A program made the position numbers and the translations under genes. From Eledone cirrhosa (lineage: Eukaryota), in the NCBI GenBank assembly GCA_964016885.1, contig OZ024740.1:125426001-125490000 (forward strand): a stretch of DNA of 64,000 nucleotides. Direction: 5' to 3'. The first letter of the stretch is position 1. The number at the start of each line of letters is the position of its first letter. Positions 10,206 to 23,974 of this stretch are shown piece by piece. The notes under the pieces were generated by a model. It saw nothing but the letters and a program-made list of their open reading frames with translations. It made no database searches and was not told where the DNA came from.

Positions 10206-13200
10206 GGTTTCTTTATTGGCCACAAGGGCTAACGCGAATAAAAACATTAGAGATGGCACAGAAAAGTACAGGACGATACAAAGTGGGTTTTGGTCGTGTA
10301 AACAGGTTATAACAAAATCAGGCTAGAAATAAAAAAATCTCCGAGGGCAACTCGTGGCAAAAACTACATGAAAGACCACAGCCTCCCTGACCACCAGGGC
10401 AAGCGCCCTCTCCCAGTTTTACCACTCCCAGTTTTCCCAGTCTACAGGCGCATACTCACAGCGGGCCCGTTCACTCGGACCAGACTCGCCAATTTCTCCC
10501 ACCTTTCAACAAACTTACTAGAAAACAGCACTTGCCTCTCCACCGTGATTTTCCTCTTCAAGTGAAACTTGAGAAAGTTAATCACGGATTTGCCAGAAAG
10601 GAAAGTGTCCCTCTTCTATCTTCTACCCTTTCACCCTTGTCCACTACACAATCTCTTTCGCCATGGCCACCCGGTAGATGAAAACTGCCTGCACTTCCTC
10701 CTCTCTAAAGGGGGATGGCGGGACTATCTGCACAATAGACTCAGTCGATAACCGGATCTGTCCTACATGCGACAGCAGCTGATTGACATAGCTCTACAAG
10801 TCAGCAATCCTTGAGCACTGAATGAGTGCATGCAGGACGGTTTCGTCGCCCTGCGCGAATCTCAGACAGGCTCGGCTGACAGTACCTTCATGCCTGTAGA
10901 GCTTATACCGAACCGGCAATGCTCCCTGGTAGCACTGCCAGGCCAGGGATTTCTGGAAGTTGTCCACGGGCATGGGCTGAAAGTTCTCTTGAAGAGAGCC
11001 AACAGCTCATCGTGCTTGACGCCCAGGGTTTTCCCGAGAACGTTGTCGCTCTTCCTCTCGCTAGCCCTCTATAGAACGCCAAAGTGGATGTTCCACCAAT
11101 ACTAGTGCCCAGCTGGTAGGGGGCGGTGAGCGATTGGAGATATTCCTGCTTCCAAGTGCTATCCTTCGGTCTTTTCCTGATCCAGGACTGCAGCTGCGTC
11201 AAGGAGACGAGTTGGGGAAGAGCGCATCTGACAAACGGTGACCACACCTGCTCACCGTCAAGGAAGCACCAGATATATCGCAGCCTCAGTGCATGTTTGT
11301 GCATCATCAGCCATGGCATGCCTAGTCCTCCACGCAACGGGTGTTGACAGCAGATGGATCGTCTGACCATGGGAGCACGGCCCTTCCACAAAAAGCGGAA
11401 GAGAGGGTGCTCCATTTTGGTCAGAGGTGGGAGGGAGCAAGATACGACGGTCAGGCAGTAGCAGAGGATGGACGTGATGTATGCATTCACCACGTCCGCC
11501 CGACCTTTCAGAGAGAGCCTCCTCTCCAATTTTTCTCCATCTGGAGGTGCGATCCCAACCAGACACCTGAGCAATTTAACCGGTCCTTCTGTCCAGCACC
11601 CCCGACACTGTAGGACAATGTGGACTTGCCTCTCCAGGTGCAGAGTTGCAAGCCCACCGACTTTTTCTGGTTTATCTTTGCCCCTGTCACCGCTTCGTAT
11701 TCTTTGAGAGCAATGCTGTGCATCTGGACGTGTTTGGTGATCAACACTACCATGGTGACATCGTCAACTTAAGCTGACATGGATCTCCAGCATCCCGGTT
11801 CACGGAAATCGTCTCCAATTTGTGCTGTAACGGCTCGAGGGCCAATAAGTACAAGCGGGACGAGAGGGGACAACCCTGGCGGACCAAACGCATGATGCTG
11901 AATGGCTGTGACAGGTCACCACTCACCCTGACAATCGAGCAGATGTCGCTGTGTATCGCAGAGATCGAGCCCCTAAAAAGGGGCCCGAAGCCGGCCGCCT
12001 CGAGGACTGCAGACAGGTACCGATGGTTGACCCTACCAAATGCTTTAGATTGATACAAGTTGATCAGAGCCCACCCGTGCCAGGTTCCTTAACCACCCTC
12101 TATGTATTGCATGAGATGGAGGTTGTCGTGGATGGAACTGTCCAGAATGGCACATGTCTGCAACTCTCCCACCAATCTCTTTGCTAACACCTTAGCCAAA
12201 ATCTTAAACTCTGCGTTAAGCAGAGTTATGGGCCTGAAGTTGTCTATAACGTCCCCCTTGTTGGGGTCATTTCTCAGCAACGCCACCGCTCCCCGGCTCA
12301 CAAAACTGGGAATGCTCCTGTTCTGCTGCTAGTTGCAGTGGACATCTGCCAATAGGTCGCCGAACAAGTCTGGCATATACGCATGAAGCTCGTAGGGCAG
12401 ACCATCCAAACATGGCGATTTACCCCTCATGCAATCAGACATCTCTTCCCGTATTTCACCTGCCGTTATCGGCTTTTCACAGCACTACGCTGCAGCCATC
12501 CAGAGCTACGGCAGTCCATCGATGTATTCACCGAAGTCCATACTCTGATCCGGCCAGCCTCTACTCCTGAACAATTGAACAAAGTACTGTTGAAAAGCCA
12601 CACACATCTGCTCGTGTTCGAGCAACATGCGCCCGATTTGATCAGGCAAAGAATGAATTGTGGACTTGTTGCATGTCGCGCCTCCGCCACTCGGGCCCAT
12701 TGAACGACTTTCATCCCTCGTGTCTTAGTGCACGTGCTCTAGCTCTGACAACACAGCCTTCATGCTTTGTGTTGAAGAATTGGTTGAGTGCCAATCTCGC
12801 CGCAAGCACGTCATTTGCGATGCCTGTCCTAAACGCCTCTTCTAGCTTTCTAACTAACTCTCCCTCTACTCTATTTTCCTCTATCACTACTCCTTTGCTA
12901 AACCTTATCGATTCTACTTTAATGGCCCTTTTCAGGGTAAACCACCACCTGTTGTTGACGATCGCACCCGTCAACGCATGCTTAACTAATTTGCTAATCC
13001 AGTAACCGGGCCCTTGCCTATGGACTCTATCTAAGTCAACTTCACAGATCACACATTTGTGGTCCGTGTAGTCGACTACTTTAAATTGTGGACAACCTGC
13101 ACTAACCTTATCTGTTTCCCTACAGAATGCCCTATCTAAATACGATCTGGATGACCCGATGCGGTTTGCCCATGTCCACATTGGCACATTCGGATAATCC

Positions 13201-15115
13201 AGTCTATACCTGTCAGACAGTTAAACACGTCAGATTGTTGAGGCTTTTACACCCTCCTCCCCTGTCTGCACATAATCCCAGCGTGCATCTAAGATACCAT
13301 TCCAGTCACCCACTAATACTAAAGTGCGGGACGTTCCAAGAAAGGTCTCTAGACGTCTGAAGAAATCTGGCCATCCTACCCCTGTTGGGCCGTAGATGGT
13401 TACTAGCCTGAAAGCATTGCCTTCGCTGCCAGTCACGTCCAGCACCACCAACTTACTGTCTGGGTCCAGGAAGATGGCCGGTATGGCGAGATCCAAGCCT
13501 CTCCGAAAAAGCACATTAACTTCTCACCCCGGTCCTGGGTGACTGGGAGATGCGTATATGTCAGATTCCGTGGTGTCTGGGAGGGATATGTGCTCCACGG
13601 CTGTGGATGGTGGTAGTATATAACTCTCCGGCGATTTTGTTGCTGGTGCAGCTACTGCAAATGTAGCTACTGGTGTTGTCGCCATTGCTGCCGCTAGCTT
13701 AGTTGTCTGTGGCCTTGGTATGGGTGCCACGAACGTTGCCCTCCTACTCACCGTGGAAGGATCTTCTGCCTCTGTTGCCTGCCCTGCTCTTGGTAGCAGC
13801 GGATCAGGTATCGGAAGGAGGGGGGGGGGCTCTTCTTGGCTGCCTTTTGCGGGAAAAAGGCCCTGAGGTGACCCTTTTGCCCACAGTGATAGCACTTTGG
13901 GCGCCTTCCTTCCACACTTATAGGGAGTCTTTCCTCGAGGTCTATGATATCTGGAATGGCCTTGATACACTCCTGGTCAATTTGGATTAGCATTTGCATG
14001 CCTATACTTGACCTGTTCTCTCTTCTCATACTCTGTATTTACAGTATGATGGTCCTGTCCTCGATTCTAGCAAGGACAGACATGTTGAGCGGGACCTGGG
14101 TCACTTTGACCCTCACAATTTTCTGCCCGCAGTAGGAGGGCACCAAGACTATCTCCTCACTCTTTAGGGTTTCCAAAGAGTGAGACTTCGCTTCTTGGAG
14201 GGTGACGAAAAGTACATATACTGTGGCATACTTTTTGCCTCAGGTGATGTGGGTTTTGCGTGCGCAGGTCCATTCGATGTGACATTTTACTTACAGTGTG
14301 GTAACTCAGCGTCCGTAGCTGCTGGTACTTGAAAAAATCGGTGGAGGTTTCAGGGAAACTCTATTGTCATTTCTTGTCAACATGGCCCTTGCGACTGCCA
14401 TCTCCTCCTCCATGACTAGCACTGTTTCTATATTTTGGGCCACTCCTGCAAAAGAAGTGGCCCCTTTTTCAGCGGCACCCTTATTGCTGCCGCTACTGGT
14501 CTTGTTGTTGGTGCTGTTGCTGTTGCTACTGTTACAAACGGTGTTGTTGGTGTTATCACAATTGCAGTTGGTTGTGTTTTTGGTGCCACCGTTGTTGTTT
14601 TTCTCGGGGTAATTTGTATTGGTGCTGTTGGTGTTGTCATTGTTTATTTTCTTGTTAGTGGTGTTAATATCGTTGTTGCATTTGTTGTCATTTTCTTCTG
14701 TTGTCTGTATTTTTGTTGTCACTGTTATTGTTGTAGTTGGTGTGGTAATTTTTTAAAAATTAGTGTTCTCAATGTGGTTGGCATTGCTGTCTTTGTTCAC
14801 GTTGTTTGTGGTGGTGGTTGTTTTATCAATTTCTGTGTTCGCTGTAACCCTCCTCTCAACTTTTACGCCATTGTCACACGACAGCAGACATATCGCTGGG
14901 GGCGTGGCTCAGCCATGTTTTTTTGATAATTTTTTAAAGTAAAATGTTCAAATATTTGGACCTTTTGGCCCAAATATTATACTTACCCCTTCACAGGGGG
15001 CAAAGTCTAAGGCCTTATGTCCCTTACACAATAACAAAAAATTAACAATAAATTATTTGTGACAGGTAAATCAAGCGACTTACGTGGAGTGAGCAAAAAG
15101 ATATCCAATCAGACC
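10205..15115 (-). mobile_element. Tx1-type (L1 clade) LINE, copy 1, near full length, decayed, with internal deletion
   Basis: ORF1 with VEGRRPKCYHCGQKGH knuckle; APE endonuclease (GDWNGILD, SYLDR, TDH); RT (FRPITLLNAEFKILAK, RQGCPLS); AATAAA then (ATT)n tail; flanked by (AAT)n on both sides. Confidence 0.9.
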
Positions 15116-15140
15116 AATAATAATAATAATAATAATAATA

Positions 15141-15354
15141 GTTTCTGATTTAGGCACAAGGCCTGCAATTTTGATAGAGAGGAAGTCGATTAAATTGACA
15201 CCAGTGCATTACTGATACTTTATTTGATCAACCACATAAGGATGAAAGGCAAAGCTAACCTTGGCAGGATTTGAACTCAGAATGTAAAGGGCCGTAACTC
15301 TATGCTGCGAAGCAGTTTGTGCAATGCTCTACCGATTCTGCCATTCCACTCCCC
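15141..15354 (-). mobile_element. SINE family A variant
   Basis: Similar to the other family A copies; its tail is the (AAT)n at 15116-15140. Confidence 0.8.
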
Positions 15355-15360
15355 TAATAA

Positions 15361-15543
15361 TAATTGTTTCTACTTTAGGCACAAGGCCAGCAATTACCCA
15401 GTACATTACTGGTACTTTATTTTATCGACCCCGTAAGGATGAAAGGCAAAGTTAACCTCGGCGGGATTTGAACTCAGACTGTAAAGGGACGTAACTATGC
15501 TAGAAAGCATGGCGTCAAACCCTCTACTGATACTGCCAATTCA
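15361..15543 (-). mobile_element. SINE family A
   Basis: Close match to 9975-10163. Confidence 0.85.
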
Positions 15544-16759
15544 ATGTTTTAATTAGAATAAGGCTGCTGGTAATACTTAATAATAGATGACTAATGTGAT
15601 CTGTAGAAATTCCATGGCTTATAAATTTTCATATATCTATTTTGATGCATAAATATAAAAACGTTCATAACATTATCTTTTTATCTTAAAGATTTAAGAA
15701 TATTTCTTCAATTTTGTTCCATTTGCATGCAGTAGGTTGTACTTGTTTAGCCTCAACTTGGCTTTGATAATGTAAACGTATGATTAATAAGTGTTCATGA
15801 CCATCCCATCTTATTTCTCAGGCTAGTGTGTCCATAATTGTTTTTCTAAGATGGCTTGGTGTGACTTGAGAGAAGTTTGTCTGCAGGTTTCAGTAACACA
15901 ATCAACCATGTAGAGGCTTCTGGGATCAGGCTATTAAGAAGTAAATACTTTTGATGGGAATATAATGTAGCTTAGGTGACAGCTTATAAGGCTCCATCTT
16001 GTCTGCAGGTAATCTTCAGTTTTGTTGATATGGTCACATGCAATTCTCATAAATTTATTTGCTGGCTTGAAATACTAGATTACCTCTAAGCCAAAAATCT
16101 GTTTAATTGGCACTAACTAGCAGTGTGCATCAACAATATCATCACAAACAGCTCTACAGATACACGTTATGAAATATAAAATAAAACTTTAGCCAAAATG
16201 TTAACTTTTAAAGATATTAACACCAAACAACTTCACCAAAGAATAACCCCTCATCCACAAATCTCTTCAAGAAAAACGAAGCACTTAAATTAAATGTTTA
16301 ATGAAACAAATAATAACAAGCTAGAAAAAAAAGGACTTAAAGATCAAAAGCACAACTGCAATATCAATAATGACACAATACCACATTTCATAAGCATCAA
16401 CCTCATCAGCATTCTTAGTTATTATCAGCTCACTGTGAATATAAGGTAAAAGCCTCCCTAAGCTGATGCCAACTGGTCATATCATGTGCTGCGCTTATTC
16501 ATGTAATGCCCATAAACTCATTTCTTCAGTTTGCTCTCTATCTTCTTCAACTACATGAACTTTTCTTTCTCAAGCTTCAAATTGAATTTATCTGTTGTTG
16601 TTTGTTCATTTCACATGTCCTACCTATTTCCATTTACTCTTCTTAATATGTTTTATGACATTTTGTATTTTGTTTGCTGTTTTGTTCATTGACAAAGGTT
16701 TCTGTTCTTTTTTGTGATTTCTTACATGTCCACATGATTATAAGAAAACCGTCAATATC

Positions 16760-17330
16760 ATTGAAATCCAAACCCAGATTGAAGTTCTTATTGATCAGGG
16801 AATACATCAAAATTGTATACAAATTAGAAACTCTGTAGCCAAGGAACATCATCTGTAAGTGTTTACACTAAAATCAAAAGTGTTAATATTGAAAAGAAGA
16901 TATAATATCATTTAAATCTACTCTTTGCTGATGACAGTTCTCTTCGATACTGCTCATGAACTGGAACAAATTTCTAATAAACTGAACTGTGAAAGCAACA
17001 AGTGGGACTACAAATGAATCAGAAGAAAACTCACGTCTTGTTCAATATCCATGTAATAAGAGAAGTCATCCAAGTTATCCATGGTATTATAATAGCCACT
17101 GACAACTCTATTTTTCTTGGACAGCTGGTAAACCTGGAATACAGCCATTTGAAGAGAGTAAAAAGAGGAACACAAACTGGATGGTGCGTTCTTGTTAAAT
17201 TAAATAACATCATGAAAAGTGTGATGTCATTCACTTGGCCTGAAGCACAGAATGTTTGACCAATGTGTCATACTAGCAGTATCCTGTGAAGAAGAGATAG
17301 TGAAACATTCAAAACATGGAACTAAACCTA
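16760..17330 (+). mobile_element. Old RTE-like RT fragment
   Basis: LLFADD and GLQMNQKKT motifs, IFLGQ, heavily decayed. Confidence 0.6.
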
Positions 17331-17495
17331 TGAAGAATATAACAATTTTGATAATTAAACAATTGAAACAAAATCATTTCACACAAACATCATCTAAATA
17401 TACACACATGCTTTCATTCAATTTTTTTAAAGTTAGCTAAAATTGATTCAAAATTTAATATATATGCTTTACTACTTTGGGAGATGATTATTATT

Positions 17496-17688
17496 GGATT
17501 GGCAGTATCGGTAGAGGGTTGGACGCCATGCTTTGTAGCATAGAGGTACGCCCCTTTCTAATCTGAGTTCAAATCCCGCCGAGGTTATCTTTGCCTTTCA
17601 GCCTTATGGGGTCGATAAAATAAAGTACCAGTAATGCACTGGGTAATTGCTGGCCTTGTGCCAAAAGTAGAAATAATTATTATTATTA
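17496..17688 (+). mobile_element. SINE family A
   Basis: Full unit from GGATTGGCAGTATCGGTAGAG to the AGTAGAAAT(AATT/ATT)n tail. Confidence 0.88.
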
Positions 17689-18277
17689 AATTTTTTTTAG
17701 GTGGGGGGGAGGGCAGATTGAGGTTGTGGCGTACATGGTATGGATGATGTAGTAAAATTAAAGTGCTGTTATTGTTGTTGTTGACTACTTAGCAGAATTT
17801 GTTCGAAATGATTCGAAAGAGAAAATTGTTTGTAGTCAAAATACTTCTTTCATAGTTTTACGATTACATAATGTTATATTCTTACGATTTTTTTCCAAAA
17901 TATTTTTTGGAAATATCCATCTCCCATTATGTTTTTATATATAGTATGCCTTTTTAATCATTATTAAATTTTTTCTTTTGTATATTAAAAAAATATCATT
18001 TTTTTTTTATCTTTTGTATTTTCAAGAAAATATAGTATCGGTAAAATTAGATTCCATTCTTTTTTGTATTATATGACTGTCTGCCTTCTTTTCTTCTTTA
18101 CAATTTGCATTAATGGAATGACCCTTACCAATAATCAATAAGCTTTAACTTTATTTCATTATTTCGGCAGTTAAGTATTCAAACTAAAGTTTGATCCCTT
18201 TCTTTGAAATACATAGATATACTTTTCTGCCCCCTCCTCCTACTACTAATAATAATGATGATAATAATAATAATAAT

Positions 18278-21200
18278 GATTTCTTTATTAACCACAAGGG
18301 TTTACATAAAGTAGACATTAAGGACAGTGCAGGACAATACAGGACGGTACTAATGGACATTTCTGCGTGTAAAAAACAAAAACAGAGGATGTAACAAAAA
18401 AAATAACAATGAAACATTCCCCAATAGGGGGGAGACTTCCGAGGGACATTTGTGGAGAAAGCCCAGTTAAAGGCCACAGTGACCCTGACCACCAAGGCAA
18501 TTGCCCTCTCCCAGTTTTCCACCTTTAATTTACATATACCTACTCAGAGTAGGCCCATTCACTCGGGCCATTCTTGCTTCTCTCACCCATCTTTCAACAA
18601 AATGCTGGGAAGAGAGCACTTCCCTCTCTACTCTGATTTTCCTTTTCAAATGAAATTTGAAAAAGTCAATCAGGGCATCACCGAAGAGGTAAGTGCTCGT
18701 CTTCAGCCCTTTCAAACGTGTCCACCATACTATCTATTTCGCCATGGCCACCAGACAGATAAAAACTGCCTGCCGTTCCCGGATAAAGGAAGAGGGCGGG
18801 GCAATCCTCATGATGGACTCAGATGATAGCCGGATCCGTCCTACACGTGACAGCAGGTGTTCGACATAAACCCACAAGTCAGCAATTTTCGGACACGGGA
18901 CGAGTGCGTGCAGGACGGTTTCGTCGCCCTGCGCGCATCTCGGACATGCCCGGCTGACGGCACCTCCATGCCTGTAGAGTTTATCCCGAATTGGCAAGGC
19001 TCCTCGGTAGCCCTGCCCGGCCAGAGATTTCTGGAAGTTGTCGATAGGTCCCGGCCCGAAAGTTCTTCCGAAGAGATTGGCTAGTTTATTTTCGTCGACG
19101 CCTAGAGTTTCCCCAGGTACGTCGTCGCTCTTCCCCTCTACTAGTCCTCTATAGAACGCCGAGGTGGAGTTTCCACCGATCACATTGCCCGATTGGTCGA
19201 GGGCTGTGAGCACCTGAAGACATTCCAATCTCCAGGAGCTCCCTCTCGGTCTTCGCTTGACCCAGGACTGCAGCTCCGTCAAGGAAACGAGCTGGGGAAA
19301 TACGTGTCTAGCAAACGGCGACCACACCTGATCACCGTCGAGGAAGAGGTGGAGATGTCGTAGCCTGAGCGCGTGTCTGCGCATCATCAGCCACGGCATT
19401 CCCATCCCTCCACGTAGCGGGTGTTGACAGCAGATGGACCGCCTGACCATCGGAGCGCGTCCCTTCCACAAAAAGCGAAAGAGTAAACGCTCCAGCGCAG
19501 TCAGGCGTGGCTTAGGACAAGGTACGACGGTCAAGCGGTAGCAGATGACAGACGCGATGTACGCGTTAGCCACCGCCGCTCGACCTTTCCGGGATAGCAT
19601 CCTCTCGGCCCATTTCTGGGTGAGAGAAGCCACCTTGCTCGTCACCTCGTCCCAGTTTTTGTCCGTCTGGAGGTTCGGACCGAACCAGACCCCTAGCAAT
19701 TTAACCGGTCCGTCCGTCCAGTGTCCGACGACGCTGTTGGACGGCATGGACCTGCCTCTCCAGGTGCCGAGCTGCAGGCCCACTGACTTTTCCTGGTTGA
19801 TCATTGCTCCTGTCACCGCTTCGTATTCTCTTAGAGTAGTGCCGATCGCCTCGATGTGTTTGGCGTTCGACACTACTACGGTGACATCGTCCGCATATGC
19901 TGACACGGATCTTCCGCATCCTAGTTCGCGCGGGACGCCCCTCAATGTCTCCAGTTTGTGCAGTAATGGCTCGAGAGTCAATACTTACAAGAGGGACGAG
20001 AGGGGACATCCTTGGCGGGCCGAGCGCATGATGTTGAACGGTTCCGAAAGGTGACCATTCACTCTCACCACAGAGCAGATCTCGCTGTGCATGGCAGCGT
20101 TCCAGCCTCTGAAGACGGGCCCAAAGCCAGCCGCCCTATGGACTGCCGCTAAGTAACGATGGTCGACCCTATCGAAAGCTTTCGACTGATCTAAATTGAT
20201 CAAGCACCCACCCGTGCCAGGTTCCCTAGCTACCCTCTCTACGATGTATCGCATGAGGTGGAGGTTGTCGTGGATGGATCTGTCGGGAATGGCGCATGTC
20301 TGCGCCTCTCCCACCAGACCACCAACGACAAGCGCCAACCTATTTGCTAGCACCTTGGCCAAAATCTTGAACTCTGCATTTAGCAGAGTTAAGGGGCCTG
20401 AAATTATCTATGTTATCCCCCTTGTTCGGATCCTTTCTCAGCAGTGCCACCGCTCCTCGGCTCACAGAGCTGGGAATTCTCCCGTTCTGTTGCCAGTTGC
20501 AGTAGACGTCTGCCAAGAGGCCTCCGAACAAATCTGGCATCTCTATATAAAGTTCATAGGGCAGACCATCCAAACCAGGCAATTTACCCCTTGTGCAGCC
20601 AGTCATTTCCTCCCGTACTTCAGCGGCTGTTCTCGGCTTTTCGCAACACTCCGCCTCGGTGGGCGAGAGCCGCGACAGTCCGTCGAGGTAGACACTAAAG
20701 TCCATCTATCGACCCGGCCCTCCGCTGCCCCGAACAGCTGAGCGAAGTGTCGCTGAAAAGCTTCACACATTTGCCCGGGATCGAGTAGCATGCGCCCGTC
20801 GTGGTCCACCAAAGACCGGATCGTGGCTTTGTTGCCACGACGCGCCTCCGCCACTCGGGCCCATTGAACGGCTTTCGTCCCCTCGTGTCTGAGAGCACGC
20901 AACCTAGCTCTGACAACGCAAGCCTTCGTGCTTTGCATTGAAGAATTGGTCAAGGGCCAATTTCGCCGCAAGCACGTCGGTCGCGATGCCTTTGCTAAGC
21001 GCCTCGTCTAATTTTCTAACTAGTTCTCCCTCTGCTCTATTTTTCTCTATTGCTAAAGCCTTACTAAATCTAATGGATTCTATTCTAATCGCTCTTTTCA
21101 GAGCAAACCTCCACTTGTTATTGACGATGGCCCCCGTCAACGCCCGCTTAACTAGTTCGCTAATCCGGTCTCTGTAGGCCTTGCGCGCTGGTAAGGACGC

Positions 21201-23943
21201 GTTTAGCTTCCAGTAGCCGGGTCCTCGTCTATGAAGCCTATCTAAGTCAAGCACACAGATCACGAATTTGTGGTCCGTGTAGCTGACTATCTTGAATTGT
21301 GGACAGCCTATGCTAGACCTATCTATTTCCCTACAAAATACTCTATCTAGATATGATCTGGATGACCCTATGCGATTTGTCCAAGTCCACATTGGCACAT
21401 TCGGGAAATCCAATCGCTACCTGTCAGACAGTTCAAAACGCCTGAGCAGGTTGGTGAGGCTCTTGCACCCTCCACCCCTATCCGCTAATCCCACACAGTC
21501 CCAGCGTGCATCTAAGATCCCGTTCCAGTCGCCCACTAACACTAAAGAGCGGGACGTTCCAAGAAAGGTCTCCAGACGCCGGAAGAAATCAGTTCGCCCT
21601 GCTCTTGTCGGGGCATAGACGGCCACTAGCCTGAAAGCTTGCCCGTCTCCGCTAGTCACGTCCAGCACCACCAACTTACCCTCTGGGTTCAGGAAGATGG
21701 CCCGTATGGCGAGATCCAAACCTCTCCGAAAAAGCACATCAACTCCTCCCCCCGATCCAGGACGGCTGGGAGATGCGTACACATCGTAGCCGCCGAAGAT
21801 CGGTGCGAAGGCCCGTGCTTCGGAGATTCTGGTCTCGCTGATGGCCACTACATCTATGTTTAGTTACCTGAGGTCGTTGAGCAGGTTGCCCTGCTTCCAT
21901 GACGACCCCAAGCCACGCGCATTTATGCTGCCTATTCTGAGTGAGGTTATGTTGAAATGGAGTGGAAAAGATGGGAAAGACCACTTACCTTACCTCTCGT
22001 AGAGGAAGGATGGTTTGTCCATCCTTTTCACTGCTTGTGGCCTCCTCCGGAAGGATGTCCTTATAAATCCTCCTGGAGATTTTTGTCGGAAGTCTCCGAT
22101 TTTTGTTTTAGTGTCGTGTACGTTTTCTGTGTGATGCCAGTGATTTGTATGTGTGGAGGTGGTGTCAACTTTGGGGTTGTTGTGTAGTCTTTTTCTGTGA
22201 TGCTGGTGTTGTGTTGGATGTAGTGTAATAATTGGTTGTTGTTCAAATTTAATGCTGTGTAGTGTGTATCGTTTTGGTTGTTTTGTTTTGTTTGCGTTTG
22301 TTGTGGGTTTGTTTCTGTTACGCTTTTTGGTTACTTTTGTGATGTTGGTGATGGTGATGTTTGGGTTAATGATGGTGATGGTGTTGGCGTTTGTGGTGAT
22401 GGGGTTGGTGATGTTGGTGTGGATGGTGGCATATCTGTCCTAACTTTTTTGTTTGATAGTTTATTTGTTTCCCTCTGTATTTTGTTTTTGGAGGGCGAGG
22501 AAGAGATTTTTTTCTTTATGGGTTTCTTTTTTTCTGATACCATTTCTCACTCCTCGTTGTCACAATCTGTTTCCAGTTGCGATAGGCCGGGGAATGGAAA
22601 ATCCTCCAAAGGCGTTGGTTTTGGTTGTGGCGTGGTGGATGGTGTAGGCGCTGGTGCTAGTTCTGGCGCGTTGGGTGGTGGTGGTGTTGGTTTTGCTACT
22701 GTTGCTGCGGTTGTTGCAGTTACGGTTGCTTCTGTTGTTGCTGCTACAGTTGTTGCTGCCATCTCTGCTGCTGGTGGTGTTGATGGTTGAGTTACAGGGG
22801 TGGGTAAGAGAGGTGGCCTCAACCTTTTAGCCTGAGGGAGGAAAGCCCTTAGATGGGTTCCTTCACCACAAACGACACACCTAGGCCTTCTGCCCTCGAC
22901 GATTACGGTGCGGTGGCTACTGTCAGTGAGGTCTATTACCTCTGGGATCTCCTCAATGCTTTTATGGTCCGCTTGGATCAGGAGCTCCATCCCAGATCCA
23001 GACCAGTTCTCCTGCTTTTCTTTCGCTATTTCGATTATCTTGGTGTTGGTGAGGACGACAGCTATTAGCCACGGTTCCATATTTCTGCTCACGTCTGATG
23101 TGGGGTTTTTTTGCCCACACATGTCCCAAAGCTTTTTGGATTTGGGACTCGGATGCCCGTTCCACTCGGCGCGATTTTATGTTAATTGTCCGATAAGACA
23201 CGGTGCATAGGCGACGATGCTCCATTTTATTAGGTGGGGTGGGGGTGGGAGCGGCTGACCCTGTACCCATCTTTCTTTACCATTCTTTTGGCTTCTTCTA
23301 ATTCCTCCTGAGTTACCTGGATCGCTTCGCACGTTTTTGTTGCTACTCTCGCAAAAGACCGGGTAGTTCTCTTAATTTCATTGTTGTTGTTGTTATCGTT
23401 ATTTTTTATATTGTTAATTTTAGTTTCAGTTGTGGTGGTGGTGGTGGCGTCGGTGGTGTTCGGTGTGGAAGAGTTCATTTTGGTTGAATTCATTTCGATA
23501 TCACGAGATAATTTATTTTTTTGTTTTGTTTCAGTTGTCGCTGTGGGGGTGGCGGCTTCAACACCTGCAGTCATTGGTAATGGCGGGAAATGAATGTCTG
23601 CCTGAGACAAATTTAAAATATTGCTACTGCTTATATTTTTAGTGTTGGAAAACGTAGTAATATTTACAATGGTGGTGTCGGTGCGAGGTGTTAGTTTGTG
23701 AGGAAGGTGTGACTGAGTCGGCCATGATTTTTCAAAGAAATTTTTTTTTTGTTTGATAATTATAAAAAGTTTAAATTTGGGGCTCAAGGCCCCAATCTCT
23801 TTGAGTGTCCTTTTCAGAAATCAATGTATGTGCACTTATATACAGTTAACAATAAAAATTTTCCATAAATGGCAATTTTAAACAACTGAAAATAACAAAC
23901 CTTTGCGGAGCTCACGATAATACGATTTACTACGTAGGTCGCC
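18278..23943 (-). mobile_element. Tx1-type (L1 clade) LINE, copy 2, full length (about 5.7 kb), frameshifted
   Basis: 5'UTR; ORF1 (Thr/Pro-rich, VEGRRPRCVVCGEGTH); ORF2 with APE EN (IGSINARGL, AISET, GDWN, SYLDR, TDH), RT (DQSKAFDRV, RQGCPLS, YADD) and C-terminal CPRC..ETVLHALVPC; (AAT)n on both flanks. Confidence 0.93.

Positions 23944-23974
<31 letters not shown>

Noticed and set aside
16360-16415. Minus-strand CTGATGA..GAAA as a hammerhead
   Set aside because: No credible stem I or stem II pairing.
19545-21618. Plus-strand ORFs overlapping the Tx1 element (and similar antisense ORFs over the RTE and R4 copies)
   Set aside because: Antisense shadows of GC-richer retroelement coding sequence.
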